From positions 272 through 64,271 of the forward strand of contig CAZUQW010000009.1 of NCBI GenBank assembly GCA_964622575.1: DNA of 64,000 bases, written 5' to 3'. Below, piece by piece: positions 46,000 to 55,500 of this stretch. The DNA comes from an uncultured Synergistaceae bacterium. GTDB lineage: Bacteria > Synergistota > Synergistia > Synergistales > Dethiosulfovibrionaceae. The first letter of the stretch is position 1. Each line of letters begins with the position of its first letter. Made by a program: the position numbers and the translations under genes. The notes beneath the pieces are model-generated. The model did no database searches and had not been told where the DNA came from. It saw only the letters and a program-made list of their open reading frames with translations.

Positions 46000-46833
46000 A
46001 TGAACAAAAAAATTCCACAGAAAAAGATCTATGAAATTTTGTCTAAACTTGACGGTTCGGTAGGGCTATATATCAATGTCTTAGATACCGAGGAACTTTT
46101 TCAAATTAATCCTGATCGCGTTTTTCCATCGGCTAGTGTAATTAAGATCCCCGTATTGGCGTTGCTGTTAAAAGATGTGTTTGACGGAAAAGTAGACTGG
46201 ACGGAGCCTCGTTCGATTGCTCCGAACAACCGTGTAGGTGGTACGGGGATTCTGACCTATCTGGATAAAACGTACGAGCCATCTGTGTCGGTGTTGGCGT
46301 TCCTGATGATAACTATGAGCGATAACACAGCAACGAACGAGATCATAGATATCATTGGCTTTGATCGTTTCAATCGGTTCTGGAAAGAACAACACTATGA
46401 ACACATTACGCTGATGCGTAAAATGCTTGACCTCGAGGCAATCAAACAGGGACGCAATAACTACATGTGTGCTGGAGAAGCTGGGCGCTTGCTTGTCGAT
46501 ATCGCTACTGGAAAATGTATCAGTAAGAAAGCCTCCGGCATAATTATCGATATGATGCAACATCAGCAATGTTTGAATAAGCTACCGGCGTTATTACCGG
46601 CAATTCCTTCATGGGCTTCAGCAGAAGAACGTCAAAATATGAGCCCTGGTACTGTACTTATAGGCAATAAAACAGGCGATTTAGATGACATTCAGCACGA
46701 TGTGGGGATTTTTACGCTACCTGATGGACGTCGCTATATTATTGCCATGTTTACAGGCGATCTAAAAAATACTAGCGATGGCATTCATGCTATTGCTGAA
46801 GTTTCTCGCGTTGTTTTTGATGCGATGAGGTGA
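46000..46833 (+). CDS. Cytoplasmic class A beta-lactamase-fold serine hydrolase
   Basis: SASVIK (SxxK), SDN, KTG; no signal peptide and no recognisable omega-loop ExxLN; ATG after AGGAGG. Confidence 0.85.
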   Translation: MNKKIPQKKIYEILSKLDGSVGLYINVLDTEELFQINPDRVFPSASVIKIPVLALLLKDVFDGKVDWTEPRSIAPNNRVGGTGILTYLDKTYEPSVSVLAFLMITMSDNTATNEIIDIIGFDRFNRFWKEQHYEHITLMRKMLDLEAIKQGRNNYMCAGEAGRLLVDIATGKCISKKASGIIIDMMQHQQCLNKLPALLPAIPSWASAEERQNMSPGTVLIGNKTGDLDDIQHDVGIFTLPDGRRYIIAMFTGDLKNTSDGIHAIAEVSRVVFDAMR

Positions 46834-47045
46834 GGAATGCTTAGATAGCTCTCGAGGAGAAATCAAAAATTCCGAAAAGGTAGGAAGCTATTAAAAATTG
46901 GGGACTTATTGAGTGTTCATTATAATGTTGTAGCTGTTAGATCATAAACAACATGTAATATGCCTCAATCTAAAACTTAGTTGCGCTAGAAGAGAGATAA
47001 TCATTCAATGTGTTGTATTAAAATAAAGTTTAGGAGGAAGATAGA

Positions 47046-48347
47046 ATGAAAAATATAAGTATGTCTTTTACTGCTGCGGGAGATATGCTTGTTCAACGTC
47101 GACTTCCCGAAAACTACGAGGGTTTCCAAGAAGTCTCTGCGTTTATTAAGCAGGGTGACTGGAGGTATTTCAATCTTGAAACTACAATTAATAAAGGCGA
47201 AGGTTGGGCAAATCAGTATAATGGCGGATCTTATCTCAGAGCGGATGCGGGCGTTCTTGATGATGCTAGAAAATTTGGTTTTAATGTCTTGTCCTTCGTA
47301 AATAACCACTCGCTTGATTTCGGGCACTGGGGACTTTTAGACACAATAGAAGCAGTAAATAAAGCAGGTTTTCCACATGCTGGATGTGGAGAGAATCTTT
47401 CAAAAGCAGCCGCTCCGGCATATCTTGATACAAAACATGGTCGTATAGCCCTGGTTGCGGCAACATCTACTTTAAATGAAGCGTCAATGGCAGGAATGCA
47501 ATCTCGTTGCTTTATTGGGAGGCCTGGTGTTAACGGTCTTCGGCATAAAGAAATTTATCAAGTAACTCCCGATTTGTTTCAAAAGATTAAGGAAATAGCT
47601 CTAGCTACAAGTATTAATGGCTTTGATGATATTTGCAGACATGAAGGTTATCTGCCTTTACTTGAGGAGGGAACCTTTCCTTTGGGTAAACTCATGTTCT
47701 GTGAAGGCGATTGCACAAAGAGAATATCAATCCCTAATGAAGAAGATATGACTAGAATTGAACAGTCAATCTATGAAGCCGAGTTTCAAGCTGATTATAT
47801 TGTTGTAAGTATTCATTCGCATGAAGTGCAAGGTACATTAAAGGAGACTCCTGATGATTTTCTAGTAGAGTTCTGTCATCGTTGTATAGATGCGGGGGCC
47901 GATGCAGTGGTGGGACATGGTCCTCATCTCCTTCGTCCAATTGAGATTTATAAGGGATGTCCTATTTTTTATTCCCTTGGCGATTTTATAATTGAAAACG
48001 AAAACATACCTTATGCGCCTGAGGATATGTATGAAATGTATCATATGAAGTCAGACGCCTTGATGAGAGATGTTTTTAAGAAACGATCAGGAGATTTTAG
48101 GCGAGGCTTGCAAAAAGATCGTCGTGCCTTTGAGACTGTTATACCTTATTGGACTGTAAAGAATGGTGTTCTAAAGCAAATCACATTGCTTCCTCTAGAG
48201 CTTGGTTTTGGGGAACATCGATCAATGAATGGCCTTCCCAAACCAATGAAAAATGCGCCATTTATGGAGAAGTTGCAAGATATGTCGAGAAAATATGGAA
48301 CAGAAATAGTGATGAGAAAAGATGGCCTTGGGGAAATTGTTCTGTGA
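47046..48347 (+). CDS. CapA-family (metallophosphoesterase-fold) protein, cytoplasmic, copy 1
   Basis: AGD, FNLE, NNHSLD, SIHSHE, GHGPH, FYSLGDF; no signal or TM segment. Confidence 0.87.
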   Translation: MKNISMSFTAAGDMLVQRRLPENYEGFQEVSAFIKQGDWRYFNLETTINKGEGWANQYNGGSYLRADAGVLDDARKFGFNVLSFVNNHSLDFGHWGLLDTIEAVNKAGFPHAGCGENLSKAAAPAYLDTKHGRIALVAATSTLNEASMAGMQSRCFIGRPGVNGLRHKEIYQVTPDLFQKIKEIALATSINGFDDICRHEGYLPLLEEGTFPLGKLMFCEGDCTKRISIPNEEDMTRIEQSIYEAEFQADYIVVSIHSHEVQGTLKETPDDFLVEFCHRCIDAGADAVVGHGPHLLRPIEIYKGCPIFYSLGDFIIENENIPYAPEDMYEMYHMKSDALMRDVFKKRSGDFRRGLQKDRRAFETVIPYWTVKNGVLKQITLLPLELGFGEHRSMNGLPKPMKNAPFMEKLQDMSRKYGTEIVMRKDGLGEIVL

Positions 48348-48382
48348 CATGCTTGTTCCTACTGTCGAGAACAGTGTAGTTT

Positions 48383-48950
48383 TGTCAAACATGTTGCACA
48401 ACGAAGTCACAAGGTGAAAGCCAGTGAAGAGGTCGCATAGGAATGTTATTTGAATTACGGTTATGAACTTCCAACTGTTTTTTGAAGTCCGCAAGAGAAT
48501 AGAAGGCATCGGTAGGAATAAAAGCGTTTTTTGATCCTCTCTGTGACTGTGTTCCACTTTCCCACTGTGACTCCGAGAGTAGAGACGGATCAATTTGTGC
48601 GTGATCTTCGGCTCTGTGGTAATTTTCTCAAAAAACGTCAGCAAATTCCGCTTGTTGCTGACGAAACGATCGGAAGTTCAGTGCCATTTTGGTTTGAATG
48701 CATTTCATGGTATTGGTAAGGAAATCGACTGATGTAGTCGAGGACTGTTCTTGATAAGCTCCCAGGAGCCTGAAGCAAGTGAACTCATCAATGGCCGTAT
48801 GTCAAATGTCACTTGGGTTATGGAGATTGAATCGTCGAATTCAATAAGATGAAGCCTATTGTGAGAAGATATCCATACCTGACACGTTTGGGACAGGCTT
48901 CGCTCTGGTTGTGTTATGATATTCCTGTCTTTTGATGACACCATGCTTCC
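48383..48950 (-). mobile_element. IS481-family transposase relic (catalytic and C-terminal part, frameshifted)
   Basis: TAIDEFTCFRLLGAYQEQS, HKLIRLYSRSHSGKVEHSHREDQ, DFKKQLEVHN...MRPLHWLSP in several frames. Confidence 0.75.
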
Positions 48951-49358
48951 ACAGGTGGTCTGAAGCGGACTTGTGCGCTTTCACAAGCCCGCTTTTTTGT
49001 TCTTTGTCTGCCCCTTTGTTTCATTCTTATCCTCGTCGGAAGCAACTCGATTTGCTCTTTTGATCTCCTTTAGAGCAATGCGTTTACCCTTGCAGACAGC
49101 CCAGAATTGCTCGCTTAATATTTTACGCACAAGAGGCATCCCCTTCATTTCGCTGAAATCATCACCAATAACAGGCGCATACAGCGTAATATTGGCGTTC
49201 TTACACCCATGAAGAAGCACAATCTATATTTTATTGCATAAAAGAATGCAGACTCCCGTCGGATGTTGTAGCATCAAACTGGAATCTGCATTGCTACAGC
49301 AACGAAGTGCTGTAAACTTTCTTTTAATTATTTCATTGTCCCCTTGACAAGAGAATTT

Positions 49359-50858
49359 TTAATTAATGTTGCCTACCAATGTGGAAGCCCAAGGGCTGTT
49401 GCCGAAATCTCGGGCGTCGCAGTCCTTCTGCTTGAAGAAAGGAGCGCGTCGGCCTTTCATGACCTGCTCAAAGGCGTAAGCCGCCTTGATCAGAAGGGGC
49501 TCGCCAAAGGGACGCCCCACGAAGGTCAGGCCGAAAGGCATTCCGTCGGCCAGGAAGCCGACGGGAACGACGATTGAAGGATAGCCTGAAATGGGTGCTG
49601 CGTCAGATATTCCCGGCGTCACGTAGACGTCTACGCCAGCTTGATTCATAACGCGGTCAACGCCGTTATCGCGGGCTTTTTTCAAATAGGCCACGCGGTT
49701 GCGCAGGTATTCAGGCTCAATCAGGCGCCCCGTGCTTTTCTGCAACGTGTCCAAAAGGATGGACTGGCCGTATTTCAGTCCCAGGTCAGGGCGCTCGTTG
49801 TTGAGGTCCACAATGTCCTTCAACGTTTTTGCTCGCGTTTTTGGGCTGCATGTTGACAGATAGTAATTTATGCTCTGCTTGAACTCGTAGAATTTCACCT
49901 CGTAGTCGCAACGGAGCCGCGGCAAGTCACAGCCGTAAACCAAAAAGGCGCCTGCTTTTTCGAGAGCAGCGTAGGCCTTTTCGCCCAGTTCTTTCTGTTC
50001 GTCGCTTAGTTCAACGTAGGTTCCTTTATTGACGCCCACTTTCAATCCTCTAAGACCATTGGCATCGAGGAACTGGCGGTAGTCATCGTAAATTTGGCCG
50101 TCGCGGTTCCATGTGGAGGGATCGCGTTTGTCAGTTCCTACGATGATTCCCAGAAGCGCCGCCGCGTCCTCGACAGTTCGGGCGATCACACCGGCCACAT
50201 CCTGCGCTGTTGTGATGGGGATAATGCCGTAACGGCTGACCGTGCCCAGCGTGGGCTTGATACCTACAACGCCGTTGTTGTGCGCCGGCCATATGACCGA
50301 TCCGTTTGTCTCCGTGCCCAAGGCACCCATGCAGAGGTTTGCCGAAACGGCAACGGCAGAGCCTGAACTGGAGCCCCAAGTGTTGCCCTTGGGGTTATAA
50401 GGACTGATGACCTGACCACCACGGCTGCTGTAACCGTTTTTCATCTGCTTGGTCATGTAGTTGGCGAACTCGGTCATGTTTGTTTTGCCCAGGATGACAG
50501 CTCCGGCCTGCCTCAGCCTTGTGACAACCGTTGCGTCGTAGGGCGCAAAATTGTCTGCCAGTGTGATGGATCCAGCGCTGGTGTGCATTTTGTCGTGAGT
50601 GTTGAAGCAGTCCTTCACCATGATCGGCACGCCGTGCAGTATGCTCCGCGGTCCCTTGAGCTTTAGCTCTCGGTCCATAGCCTCAGCGATGAACAGAGCA
50701 TCAGGATTTATTTCGATGACCGAGTTGAGCTTGGGACCCGACTGGTCAATGTCGGCAATGCGTTCCAGGTAGGCTGCCGTGAGGTCGAACGACGTGAGCT
50801 CTCCTGAGTCAAAGGCGGCTTGCACTTGGCTGAGCGTAGCTTCTTCAAGTGTGAACAT
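49359..50858 (-). CDS. Amidase signature family enzyme
   Basis: LHGVPIMVKD, GKTNMTEFA, WGSSSGSAVAVSA, GTETNGS; start ATG 50858. Confidence 0.92.
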   Translation of the reverse strand: MFTLEEATLSQVQAAFDSGELTSFDLTAAYLERIADIDQSGPKLNSVIEINPDALFIAEAMDRELKLKGPRSILHGVPIMVKDCFNTHDKMHTSAGSITLADNFAPYDATVVTRLRQAGAVILGKTNMTEFANYMTKQMKNGYSSRGGQVISPYNPKGNTWGSSSGSAVAVSANLCMGALGTETNGSVIWPAHNNGVVGIKPTLGTVSRYGIIPITTAQDVAGVIARTVEDAAALLGIIVGTDKRDPSTWNRDGQIYDDYRQFLDANGLRGLKVGVNKGTYVELSDEQKELGEKAYAALEKAGAFLVYGCDLPRLRCDYEVKFYEFKQSINYYLSTCSPKTRAKTLKDIVDLNNERPDLGLKYGQSILLDTLQKSTGRLIEPEYLRNRVAYLKKARDNGVDRVMNQAGVDVYVTPGISDAAPISGYPSIVVPVGFLADGMPFGLTFVGRPFGEPLLIKAAYAFEQVMKGRRAPFFKQKDCDARDFGNSPWASTLVGNIN

Positions 50859-50881
50859 CTGAAAATCCCCGCTTTCGTGTC

Positions 50882-52036
50882 TTAAAGTTTTCGATTTAAA
50901 AAGTAGCCGGCGAACAAAGTGACGGCCGTTTCCAAGCACCCTTCCTGGGGGATAAAGTGGTCGCTGTGCAGCGGGTAGGGACAGTCGCAGCCCATGAAAC
51001 AATAAAGCGACGGAACTTCAGAGCAGAACGCCGAAAAGTCCTCGCCGATCATACTGGGAGTGATGTCCAGTTTGACTTTTTCATCGCCCAGATAGGCCGC
51101 CGCGAAGCCTGAGAACGCTTCATAAAGCCCTCTGTTGTTCTTCACGATCCCAAAGCCGCTGTCCAGAATGACCTCGGCGCTGCCCCTTTCGGCTTCGGCG
51201 ATGTGGTGCACGATCTCGGGAATCCGGGTGCGCACGTGATCGCGGCTCTGAGCATCAGTGGAGCGTATGGTCCCTTCCAGCGTCACATGGTCACAAATCA
51301 CGTTGTAGCGCCCAGTGGAGTTAAAACTCCCAATAGAGACCAGCGACCCCGCAAAAGGCGAAACCTCTCTTTTGAGACGGCAGACCAGCGCCGTGTAAAT
51401 CTGTGCGGCGATAGAAATGGCATCTACGCCCAGGTGTGGCTCCGCCGCATGGGATTTTTTCCCCCGGATCTCAATGCGGAAATGATCCGACGCCCCCATC
51501 AGCGTTCCCGCTCGAAGGGCAATCGTCCCTACGGGAAGTGACGGCCAGACGTGCATGCCGTACATCTCCGCGATATTCAGTTTTTTCAGGAATCCCGTTT
51601 CTATAACGGGTCTGGCGCCGCCGCGAGGGTTGCATTCCTCTGCTGGCTGGAAAAGAATCGCTACGTTGCAGTGCAAGTATTGTCTGTTTTGATTCAAGGC
51701 GACGGTCAATCCAGCGCCGACGGAGGTATGCATGTCGTGTCCGCAGGCGTGCATAATTCCCGGCGTCTGGGAGGCAAAATCCACACCCGTGTTCTCCGTC
51801 AAAGGTAGGGCGTCAATATCGCAGCGGAAACCGAGTGTCCTGGGGGCGCCGATGTCGATCATGGCGTAGCCACCCGTGAGGTTGTCGAAGCGGTAGAAGG
51901 CCACGCCGCGGTCCTGTAAAAATTTCTCAATCCTATCAGTCGTGTGTTTCTCCGCGTAGCCAAGTTCGGGATAACGGTGGATGTCTTTTCTAAATTCTTT
52001 CAGTTCCTGTAATAACTCTGGTGAAAGGCTGAACAT
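50882..52036 (-). CDS. M20D amidohydrolase (hippurate hydrolase-like)
   Basis: HRYPELG, RCDIDALP, MHACGHD, FQPAEE, GEDF, LHS; start ATG 52036. Confidence 0.9.
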   Translation of the reverse strand: MFSLSPELLQELKEFRKDIHRYPELGYAEKHTTDRIEKFLQDRGVAFYRFDNLTGGYAMIDIGAPRTLGFRCDIDALPLTENTGVDFASQTPGIMHACGHDMHTSVGAGLTVALNQNRQYLHCNVAILFQPAEECNPRGGARPVIETGFLKKLNIAEMYGMHVWPSLPVGTIALRAGTLMGASDHFRIEIRGKKSHAAEPHLGVDAISIAAQIYTALVCRLKREVSPFAGSLVSIGSFNSTGRYNVICDHVTLEGTIRSTDAQSRDHVRTRIPEIVHHIAEAERGSAEVILDSGFGIVKNNRGLYEAFSGFAAAYLGDEKVKLDITPSMIGEDFSAFCSEVPSLYCFMGCDCPYPLHSDHFIPQEGCLETAVTLFAGYFLNRKL

Positions 52037-52065
52037 ACTGTAACTCCTGTCTCTGTCCAATAATA

Positions 52066-52097
52066 AAAAGGGCCGCTCACCTCAAGAGAGAGCGGCC
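52066..52097 (-). terminator. Terminator-like hairpin between transporter and M20 gene
   Basis: ggccgctc...gagcggcc with T-run on minus strand. Confidence 0.5.
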
Positions 52098-52105
52098 TCG
52101 AATCG

Positions 52106-53407
52106 TTATGCCGCGTAAATCAGAGCGCGGATAAATACGTAGATAAAGGTGATAATTGTGATAACCCAACCGTTTTTCAACATGGCCTTGATGTCGTTGG
52201 AACGGGCGAGTCCCATCTGTCCAACCATGTCCACGGTGGGCGTAACGAAAAAGGTAATCTGGCAGGCAACTAGGACGACCAGTGACCAGATACCCATCTG
52301 GATGCCCATGCTCTTGACCAGGGGCAGGAACAGCTCGTGGGTGATCTGAGCCTGAGCGACACCGGCGCCGGAAATTCCAAATACGCCGATGGCGGAACTG
52401 ATCATAAGGAATGCCGCGTCGCCGCCCTTGTCGATCAGGGGCTGCATGTAGTCTGCAATGGCATTAAAAGCGCCCGATTTGGCGACGTAGTTTAGGAAGG
52501 GATCGAAGAGCACGAACATGAAGAACATCCAGTACATCTTAGAGCTTCCCTTGACAAGAGCCTTTAGAGAGTCCGTCAGTCCCATTCCGGCGGCAATGCC
52601 CGTGGCGAGCGCCGCTGTCAGCATGACCACGATAGCGTAAGACGCGCCGGCGTGTGCGTAGATGCCGTAGGCCAGCATGAGTGCCATGACCGTGAGGAAT
52701 GTCAACGTGGCGCGTTTGATCTGAGGTGTAACTTTGAAGTCCGTGGCCACTGTGTCCGCTTCAGAGTAGGAAATTTTGCCTTCCGTGAGCTTTTGAGTGC
52801 GACATGCCACGAAGAACGTGCTGCCCCATACGATAATCGCCAGAGGAATGCCCGCGTTGAGCAGGAACTGGCCGTAGCTCAGCCCTGTAAGGCCCATGAT
52901 GGTGACAACGGGGGGGACAAAAGGGCCAATGTAGAGGCCCGTGGCGCCCGCGCCGTGGAGGATAACGCCTAGAGTGCTCGGGGTGATCCCTAAGCTGGCC
53001 ACGATAGGAATGATGATGGGAGCGATAATGGCGTTGGATCCAGCCAGAGTTCCGAGCATGCTCACCAGAACGGTGGAAGTAAGCATTGCCACCAAGATGG
53101 CCTGTTTTTTCGATCTCAGCTTGCTGCGGCCGATAACGTAGTGAACGATGTTATGGGCCACTCGAGTCTCGCTGAGCACCTCGCCCAGACCGGCGCCGAG
53201 AACGATGATAAAGCCGATCAGTGACAGGAAAGAACTCAGAGACTTCTGGAGCACCGCACCGAACCCCGTAACGCTCTCACCGGTCAGCACGGCCCCCAAA
53301 ATGACGCAGAGCAACACCGACACGTTCATATCCTTGCCACGAAGCATCAGAACGATGTAGAGCAGCAGGGGCAAAAAACCTAAGATTGGCGGTAAATCAA
53401 AAATCAT
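52106..53407 (-). CDS. Ion-transporter-superfamily permease (NhaC/GntP-like), putative amino acid/peptide uptake
   Basis: About 12 hydrophobic segments; GFIIVLGAGLGEVL, GLYIGPF; start ATG 53407 after AGGAGG. Confidence 0.75.
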   Translation of the reverse strand: MIFDLPPILGFLPLLLYIVLMLRGKDMNVSVLLCVILGAVLTGESVTGFGAVLQKSLSSFLSLIGFIIVLGAGLGEVLSETRVAHNIVHYVIGRSKLRSKKQAILVAMLTSTVLVSMLGTLAGSNAIIAPIIIPIVASLGITPSTLGVILHGAGATGLYIGPFVPPVVTIMGLTGLSYGQFLLNAGIPLAIIVWGSTFFVACRTQKLTEGKISYSEADTVATDFKVTPQIKRATLTFLTVMALMLAYGIYAHAGASYAIVVMLTAALATGIAAGMGLTDSLKALVKGSSKMYWMFFMFVLFDPFLNYVAKSGAFNAIADYMQPLIDKGGDAAFLMISSAIGVFGISGAGVAQAQITHELFLPLVKSMGIQMGIWSLVVLVACQITFFVTPTVDMVGQMGLARSNDIKAMLKNGWVITIITFIYVFIRALIYAA

Positions 53408-53513
53408 CCTCGTGCCTCCTAACTCAATAATGTACAAGGAAAAAAACATAAAGGAAAGAGATCTTTCCATCTCCTTGCATTATCCATTATGAGACGGGGG
53501 CTTCCTTTTTGTC

Positions 53514-53551
53514 AAATAGTTACTATTTATACTTGCATAACATGAGGTTAT
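53514..53551. promoter_or_regulatory. Two palindromes upstream of the transporter, candidate LysR sites
   Basis: AAATAG-tta-CTATTT (53514-53528) and ATAAC-N5-GTTAT (53537-53551, T-N11-A). Confidence 0.5.
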
Positions 53552-53707
53552 ACTTTCAAATAGTGAAGTTATTTGATTCTTGTAATGTAGCTTTATTCTT
53601 CTAAAAGCCCGAAGCTGCTCGCTTTTTTCTGTTTCTTTTCTTGGACGCGTTCCAACAGTGGAGACGAAGTTTAGCGTCTTTATTTATTTTTGTTGATTGG
53701 CGGCGGA

Positions 53708-54601
53708 TCAACCAAGGCATTCTTTGAACAGTTCAATAAAAGGCCGGGCCGAACGGGGCAGGTAACCATTCTTTCTGTAGGCAGCCGTGACAGGATTGAC
53801 AAAGCGTTTGTCGATGACGTAATAGTCGGGCTCTTTCTCGCAGTGGAAATTGTTCTTCACGAGAGAGCTGACAAAGGTCATTCCCATGCCAGCAACGCAG
53901 AGTTTGACCGCGGCTGTAGACATTTGAGTCACGTACTCCACATGGGGCACAATGCCGTATTCAGAAAAAATTGTGTCGGCCATCATGCGAAAACGCTGGT
54001 CATGGTGCAGTAGCACGAATTTCATCATGTCAGGCCTGAGGTGCTTCAAGGCGAACTCAAAGGTGTGTGGCCCCTCAGGCAGGTAGCCTGGCGGCGTGAC
54101 CAGATAAAACCGTTCATTTTTAAGCAGTTCGTGGGTGATCTGCGGCAGGTGGGGCGCCCCGTCCATGATGATAAAATCTAGCTTGCCGCGTAGCAGGCGA
54201 TCCATCAGTTCTGAGCTCTTGCCCTCGGTCACGCTAACTCTGATGCCTCTATAGCGGGCGGAGAACAGAGGCAACGCCTTTGGAATGGCCAGGAGGGCCT
54301 GCGCCACTGTGACGCCTACGCGGAGCATTCCCACTTCCATATCCTGCAATTCCTTTTTGTAGAGCTTTAGGTCTTCCGCGAGATTCAAAATAATCTGAGC
54401 GTTGGTGACGTATTTTTCGCCGTATTCAGTCAGAGAGATGGGTGTGGTGCTCCGGTCGAAAATGGGACGGTTCTCTTCCTTTTCTAGGACGCTGAGGAAT
54501 TTGCTCAGAGTGGGTTGAGAAATATGCAGCCTCTGGGCGGCTCTTGTGATGTTGCCTTCCTCGTAAAGAGCTATGACATACCGCAATTCGCGAAAATCCA
54601 C
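53708..54601 (-). CDS. LysR-family transcriptional regulator
   Basis: DFRELRY...NITRAAQRLHISQPTLS; GTG start 54601 after AGGAGG. Confidence 0.92.
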   Translation of the reverse strand: MDFRELRYVIALYEEGNITRAAQRLHISQPTLSKFLSVLEKEENRPIFDRSTTPISLTEYGEKYVTNAQIILNLAEDLKLYKKELQDMEVGMLRVGVTVAQALLAIPKALPLFSARYRGIRVSVTEGKSSELMDRLLRGKLDFIIMDGAPHLPQITHELLKNERFYLVTPPGYLPEGPHTFEFALKHLRPDMMKFVLLHHDQRFRMMADTIFSEYGIVPHVEYVTQMSTAAVKLCVAGMGMTFVSSLVKNNFHCEKEPDYYVIDKRFVNPVTAAYRKNGYLPRSARPFIELFKECLG

Positions 54602-54744
54602 GTTCCAACCTCCTTTTTCTCTCCAGTTTCTCTTTATGATATCAGAAAAACCACATAATATCAGAAAAAACCACAGGAAAAAATGGAGAATGACGGCTGC
54701 CGGCACGCGAAAAATCCGCGCGCTTTTTTGGCCCTGTTGTAATA

Positions 54745-55322
54745 TGTTAAGACAAGTGTTACAGAAACGGCGTAAAAATAAAGAGAGCCTCTGGTACACT
54801 GGATTCGGCCCAAAATCGACCGTACAGAGGAGGCCCTCATGAGCATTATAACCGAAGAAATGCGACATCGCCGGCGTTTATGCGAGTATGCCCTCAAACA
54901 TGGAGTGACTCAAGCAACGAGGAAATACCAGACCAACCGGCAGTTTGTCCATCGCCAATTGAAGAAGAATGACGGAAGCGTCAGAAGTCTCGTTCTGAAG
55001 TCAATAAAGCTGAAAAGCACTCCCACCGCCCACACTGAAAAAGAAGGGCCCTTTTAACAGATTGCTCAAGAACTGGGGATAGATCTCAAGAGGATTCGTC
55101 CCTATTCGCGCCCGGCAGAACGGCAAGATGTGGAAAGAAGCCATCGAGAAGATGGGAAGATCTTGTATGGACATAAGGTGTTCACCAGCGAGAAAGATTT
55201 GATAAAGCAACTGGCAAAGCACGAAAGACGATACAACAAAACAACAAAAACGGTTCTTGTTTTTAAAAGCCCGAATCAAATTGGAGCAGAGTTTTTCTCA
55301 AAACGTAACATATGTCTTGACA
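54745..55322 (+). mobile_element. Internally deleted IS481-family element (578 bp) with both terminal inverted repeats
   Basis: IRL tgttaagacaagtgttac (54745-54762) and IRR gtaacatatgtcttgaca (55305-55322), 15/18, TGT...ACA ends; transposase N-terminus (54839, HGVTQATRKYQTNRQF) joined to C-terminus (RPY...VERSHREDG...YN...KSP). Confidence 0.82.
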
Positions 55323-55500
55323 ACTAAGTCGCGGGCAACTCGTGCATAGCTTCATGCCTTGCCATGCCTCGGACTTTCAGGCATAATGGAAAAATGATGA
55401 TGTGAAGGGCACGTTCCTTCGATTGATGTTGCGAAAGGTCGACGGATTGTGCTTGGGAATTCCTCGGTTGAGGATTGTGTATCGAAAGGACGGCAAGGCT

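Noticed and set aside
48973-49220. Short ORFs on both strands, possibly another transposase fragment
   Set aside because: No recognisable motif.
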